Of a DNA stretch of 64,000 bases, positions 61,042-64,000 are shown in pieces; the stretch's first letter is position 1, and each line of letters begins with the position of its first letter. Under the pieces are notes generated by a model that saw only the letters and a program-made list of their open reading frames with translations, did no database searches and had not been told where the DNA came from. The stretch is from an uncultured bacterium (lineage in GTDB: Bacteria > Fidelibacterota > Marinisomatia > Marinisomatales > UBA1611): positions 10,773 through 74,772 of the forward strand of contig CAZLPW010000001.1 in assembly GCA_964561495.1 (NCBI GenBank). Direction: 5' to 3'. Made by a program: the position numbers and the translations under genes.

Positions 61042-61417
61042 AGATTAGCTGGTTGGATAGTTGCTCTCAAAATGTAATAATATTTTGGGGGAGGAAAGTC
61101 CGAGCACCGTAGAACAAAATGCCTCATAATTAGAGGGACTTTTTTATAGAGTACGGAAAGTGCAACAGAAAATAAACCGCTTTGGTAAAGCAAAGTAAGG
61201 GTGAAAAGGTGGTGTAAGAGACCACCAGTCTTGAGTAAAATATCAAGAGCTTGTAAACCCCATTTGGTGCAAGATTGAATAGGTTTCAAGGTGTTGTTCG
61301 CACCGCTTGAGAAACGGGTAAATTGCTTGAGCTTAGTGGCGACACTATGCCTAGATAAATAACTATTACTATGATAATTATCATATGACAGAACTCGGCT
61401 TATAGACTGGCTAATCT
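61042..61417 (+). ncRNA. rnpB: RNase P RNA, bacterial type A
   Basis: Conserved blocks GGAGGAAAGTCCGAGC, GTGCAACAGAAA, GTAAGGGTGAAAAGGTGGTGTAAGAGACCACC and GACAGAACTCGGCTTATAG. The P1 stem pairs AGATTAGCTGGTT (61042-) with GACTGGCTAATCT (-61417). Confidence 0.92.
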
Positions 61418-61509
61418 TTTTTATTTATATTGTACGGGTTTTGTGTTTACTCTTTTTTATGTATATTTATTATTAAAGTTTTTTTTAATAATAAAATAGC
61501 ACCCTAAAA

Positions 61510-62658
61510 ATGGATAATTTATTTTTTAATGATGACCATGTTCTTATTCGTGACACTGTCAGAAAATTTGCTGATCAAGAAATTACACCTGTTGCAAGAG
61601 AAATGGATAAAAGAGGAGAATTCCCAAAAAAATTAGTTGAGAGAATGGCTCAATTAGGTTTAATGGGTTTTCATATTCCTAAAAAATATGGTGGAGCTGA
61701 ACTTGATATGATTTCTTATGCTATGGTTATTACAGAGCTAGCAAGAGCAGATGCATCAGTTGCTATCACAATGGCTGCTCATACATCTTTGGGGACGTTG
61801 CCACTTTTGATACTAGGAAACGATGAACAAAAAAGAAAGTACTTACCCGAAATTGCTTCTGGTAAATCATTATCTGCTTTCGGACTTACAGAACCTGATT
61901 CAGGTAGTGATGCAGTGGCTTGTAAAACAAAAGCAACACTACAAGGAGATTATTATATTGTTAATGGAGGAAAAATTTTTATCACAAATGCTGGCTATGC
62001 TAAACTGCTTACTTTTACATCTAGAATAGAACACAATGGATGTGATGTTGGCATTGGTGCTTTTATTATTCCAACAAGTATATCAGGTTTAGAGATTGGT
62101 CCAAAAGAGAATAAAATGGGTTGGTGTGCTAGTGATACAAGGCAGTTGTTTTTTAAAGAAATGAAAATACCTAAATCATCATTACTTGGAGATCCATCTA
62201 CTGGTTTTAAAACCTTTTTGAAGACCCTGACATCTGGTAGAATATCTATTGGTGCATTATCAGTAGGTACTGCATTGGGTGCTTATGAAAAATCTTTAAA
62301 GTATTCAAAGGAACGAAAAGCTTTTAATCGTTCAATAAACGAATTTCAACCAATTAGTTTTAAATTAGCAGATATGGCAACGGCTATCGAAGCATCAAAG
62401 CTATTGGTTTTTCATGCGGCATGGATGAAGGATCAAGGCTATGATATAAGAAAAGAATCTGCCATGGCCAAACTATTTGCAAGTGAAACAGCAATGAAAG
62501 TTACAACCGATGCGATTCAGATTCATGGAGGAAATGGATATGTTAAAGAATATGATGTGGAAAGATATTTTAGAGATGCAAAAATTCTTGAGATTGGTGA
62601 AGGTACCAGTGAAATACAACGGCTAATTATAGCACGCGAATTATTGAAACTATATTAA
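61510..62658 (+). CDS. acyl-CoA dehydrogenase (short/medium-chain type)
   Basis: 382 aa. [53 protein letters not shown]. Confidence 0.93.
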   Translation: MDNLFFNDDHVLIRDTVRKFADQEITPVAREMDKRGEFPKKLVERMAQLGLMGFHIPKKYGGAELDMISYAMVITELARADASVAITMAAHTSLGTLPLLILGNDEQKRKYLPEIASGKSLSAFGLTEPDSGSDAVACKTKATLQGDYYIVNGGKIFITNAGYAKLLTFTSRIEHNGCDVGIGAFIIPTSISGLEIGPKENKMGWCASDTRQLFFKEMKIPKSSLLGDPSTGFKTFLKTLTSGRISIGALSVGTALGAYEKSLKYSKERKAFNRSINEFQPISFKLADMATAIEASKLLVFHAAWMKDQGYDIRKESAMAKLFASETAMKVTTDAIQIHGGNGYVKEYDVERYFRDAKILEIGEGTSEIQRLIIARELLKLY

Positions 62659-62662
62659 ATAT

Positions 62663-64000
62663 ATGTTACCAGGAAAAATTAACTTTCTCAGTTCAAATTT
62701 TTTTAATTTGGATAAGTATTGGAGACAATATAGTATAATTATTTTTCTGGTAATTATAATTGCTTTCCTTTTCCCAAGTGGTAAAACTCTTCAATACTCA
62801 TATCAATTGAATGATATAACGCGAGAACCAATTATTGCACCAATTACGTTTGCAATACAAAAGTCAAAGGAACAGTTAAAAATTGAAAAAGATTTAGAAT
62901 TAAAATCTGTTCCATTTATTTTTCATAGAAGAGATGATGTTGTCAATCTCCAAATAGATAGAGTAAGTAATTTTTTTAATATTGTAAATGATATTCGGAT
63001 AGCATCCAGAAGGTTTGAAGAGTCTACAAGATTAGTCTATGAAAGACGATACCATAAACAATATGAAAAAGCCCGCTCAGTATTTGTATCTGATAGTGCT
63101 GAGTTAGCTAATCAATTAAATAAGCTTAAGGGTGAGTATCCATTTGTAAAAAATAATAATTCCTGGGAAGAATATTTACTACCTAAAATAGATGATATTG
63201 ATAATGATAATCTTAGTATAGATAAAGATAATATAATTAGGATTTGTAGAAATAGGTGGTCTGAAGGTATTTATGATATTTCGATTAATAGTATTCTTAG
63301 TGAAGAGATTACAATTAATCAGGGAGATGTACCTGAATTAGTTCCTTTTGACAGATTTAATGATTTAGAAATGGCATGGACATTAGCACGGAAGGAATTA
63401 CTCAACAGTTATTCGAGTCAAAGTAGCTTTAAAGATTTGGGCTACGATTTAATTGTTAGATTTATGAAGCCAAATATAAAATACGATTTGCAGGCGACAG
63501 AAAAAGTGCAAAATCAACGGTTAAAAATGATCCCAAAATCTCGAGGTGTAATACTCAAAGATGAAATGATTGTTGATGCAAATACCAGAATAACTAATGA
63601 TGTTTTACAAAAATTAAATTCTTTATCATTTATAATATCAAAAAAACAAATATCATCAGAAATTGGGACTGTTTTTCTAGGGTATATAGGAAGATTTATA
63701 CTTTTGTCGGTTATTTTTACGCTCTTTTATACATTTTTAATCGTATATAGACCAGATACATTTCATGATTGGAAAATGGTGCTTCTTATTTCCATTATTT
63801 TTTTCCTACAAATTATTCTGGCTTATATTTTTGTAATTCGTCTTAATTGGTCAGAGCTTCTTATTCCAGTTACTGTTGGAGCAATGGCATTAGCTATTTT
63901 ATTTGATGTTCGGATTGGGTTAATTGCTACAACATCGATGGTGGTTTTGATGACGTTAATGATGGGTCAAAATATTGATTTTGTTATTATTTCATTATTT
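62663..64000 (+). CDS. 7TM-receptor/HD-domain membrane protein (PgpH/YqfF-like), 5' part only
   Basis: This ORF is absent from the track because it runs off the window end. It is open for 446 codons from the ATG at 62663. It has an N-terminal TM, a large extracellular domain (QYSYQLNDITREPIIAPITF..) and then the start of the 7TM block. The HD domain would lie beyond 64000. Confidence 0.7.
   Translation, partial: MLPGKINFLSSNFFNLDKYWRQYSIIIFLVIIIAFLFPSGKTLQYSYQLNDITREPIIAPITFAIQKSKEQLKIEKDLELKSVPFIFHRRDDVVNLQIDRVSNFFNIVNDIRIASRRFEESTRLVYERRYHKQYEKARSVFVSDSAELANQLNKLKGEYPFVKNNNSWEEYLLPKIDDIDNDNLSIDKDNIIRICRNRWSEGIYDISINSILSEEITINQGDVPELVPFDRFNDLEMAWTLARKELLNSYSSQSSFKDLGYDLIVRFMKPNIKYDLQATEKVQNQRLKMIPKSRGVILKDEMIVDANTRITNDVLQKLNSLSFIISKKQISSEIGTVFLGYIGRFILLSVIFTLFYTFLIVYRPDTFHDWKMVLLISIIFFLQIILAYIFVIRLNWSELLIPVTVGAMALAILFDVRIGLIATTSMVVLMTLMMGQNIDFVIISLF

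Noticed and set aside
61029-61289. 86-aa minus-strand ORF
   Set aside because: It lies entirely within the RNase P RNA gene, so the open frame is incidental to the structured RNA.

Overview
This is a very AT-rich, densely coding bacterial chromosome segment. Hand counts of typical coding lines give about 28-32% GC. I call about 55 protein genes and one structured RNA (type A RNase P RNA). I recognise no rRNA, tRNA, CRISPR array, transposase or integrase. Most of the window is core housekeeping: proS, recO, eno-ftsB, murI-folC, rho, an L31(type B)-prfA-prmC-UbiA prenyltransferase-dnaE-dtd run, ligA, carAB, mtaB, an ABC-F ATPase, gcvP and an acyl-CoA dehydrogenase. The accessory or envelope content is a glycan-assembly cluster (7.2-12.9 kb), a PomA/MotB-type stator pair, an AmiC-like amidase, an Omp85-family fusion protein and an ABC-2 exporter chained to two outer-membrane proteins. 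The many beta-barrel OMPs, eno-ftsB and type A RNase P RNA indicate a diderm bacterium with a streamlined genome. I cannot assign a lineage from the sequence alone. The best candidates for something undescribed are: (1) a divergent pair of TerB-like-domain genes at 49.9-52.9 kb, one a 751-aa four-TM protein and one a free 143-aa domain, followed by a hairpin-bounded 60-aa arginine-rich ORF and next to a K+ channel with a separate cNMP-binding protein; (2) two tandem paralogous ~70-aa two-TM proteins at 13.05-13.55 kb with the strongest expression signals in the window; (3) an orphan Cas6-like protein with a long basic tail between rho and an aminotransferase; (4) an ABC-2 exporter translationally chained to two OMP genes, the last lacking any canonical start codon for its signal peptide; (5) an RF1 missing 12 conserved residues. 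All functional calls come from reading the translated ORFs by eye. No database search was run.
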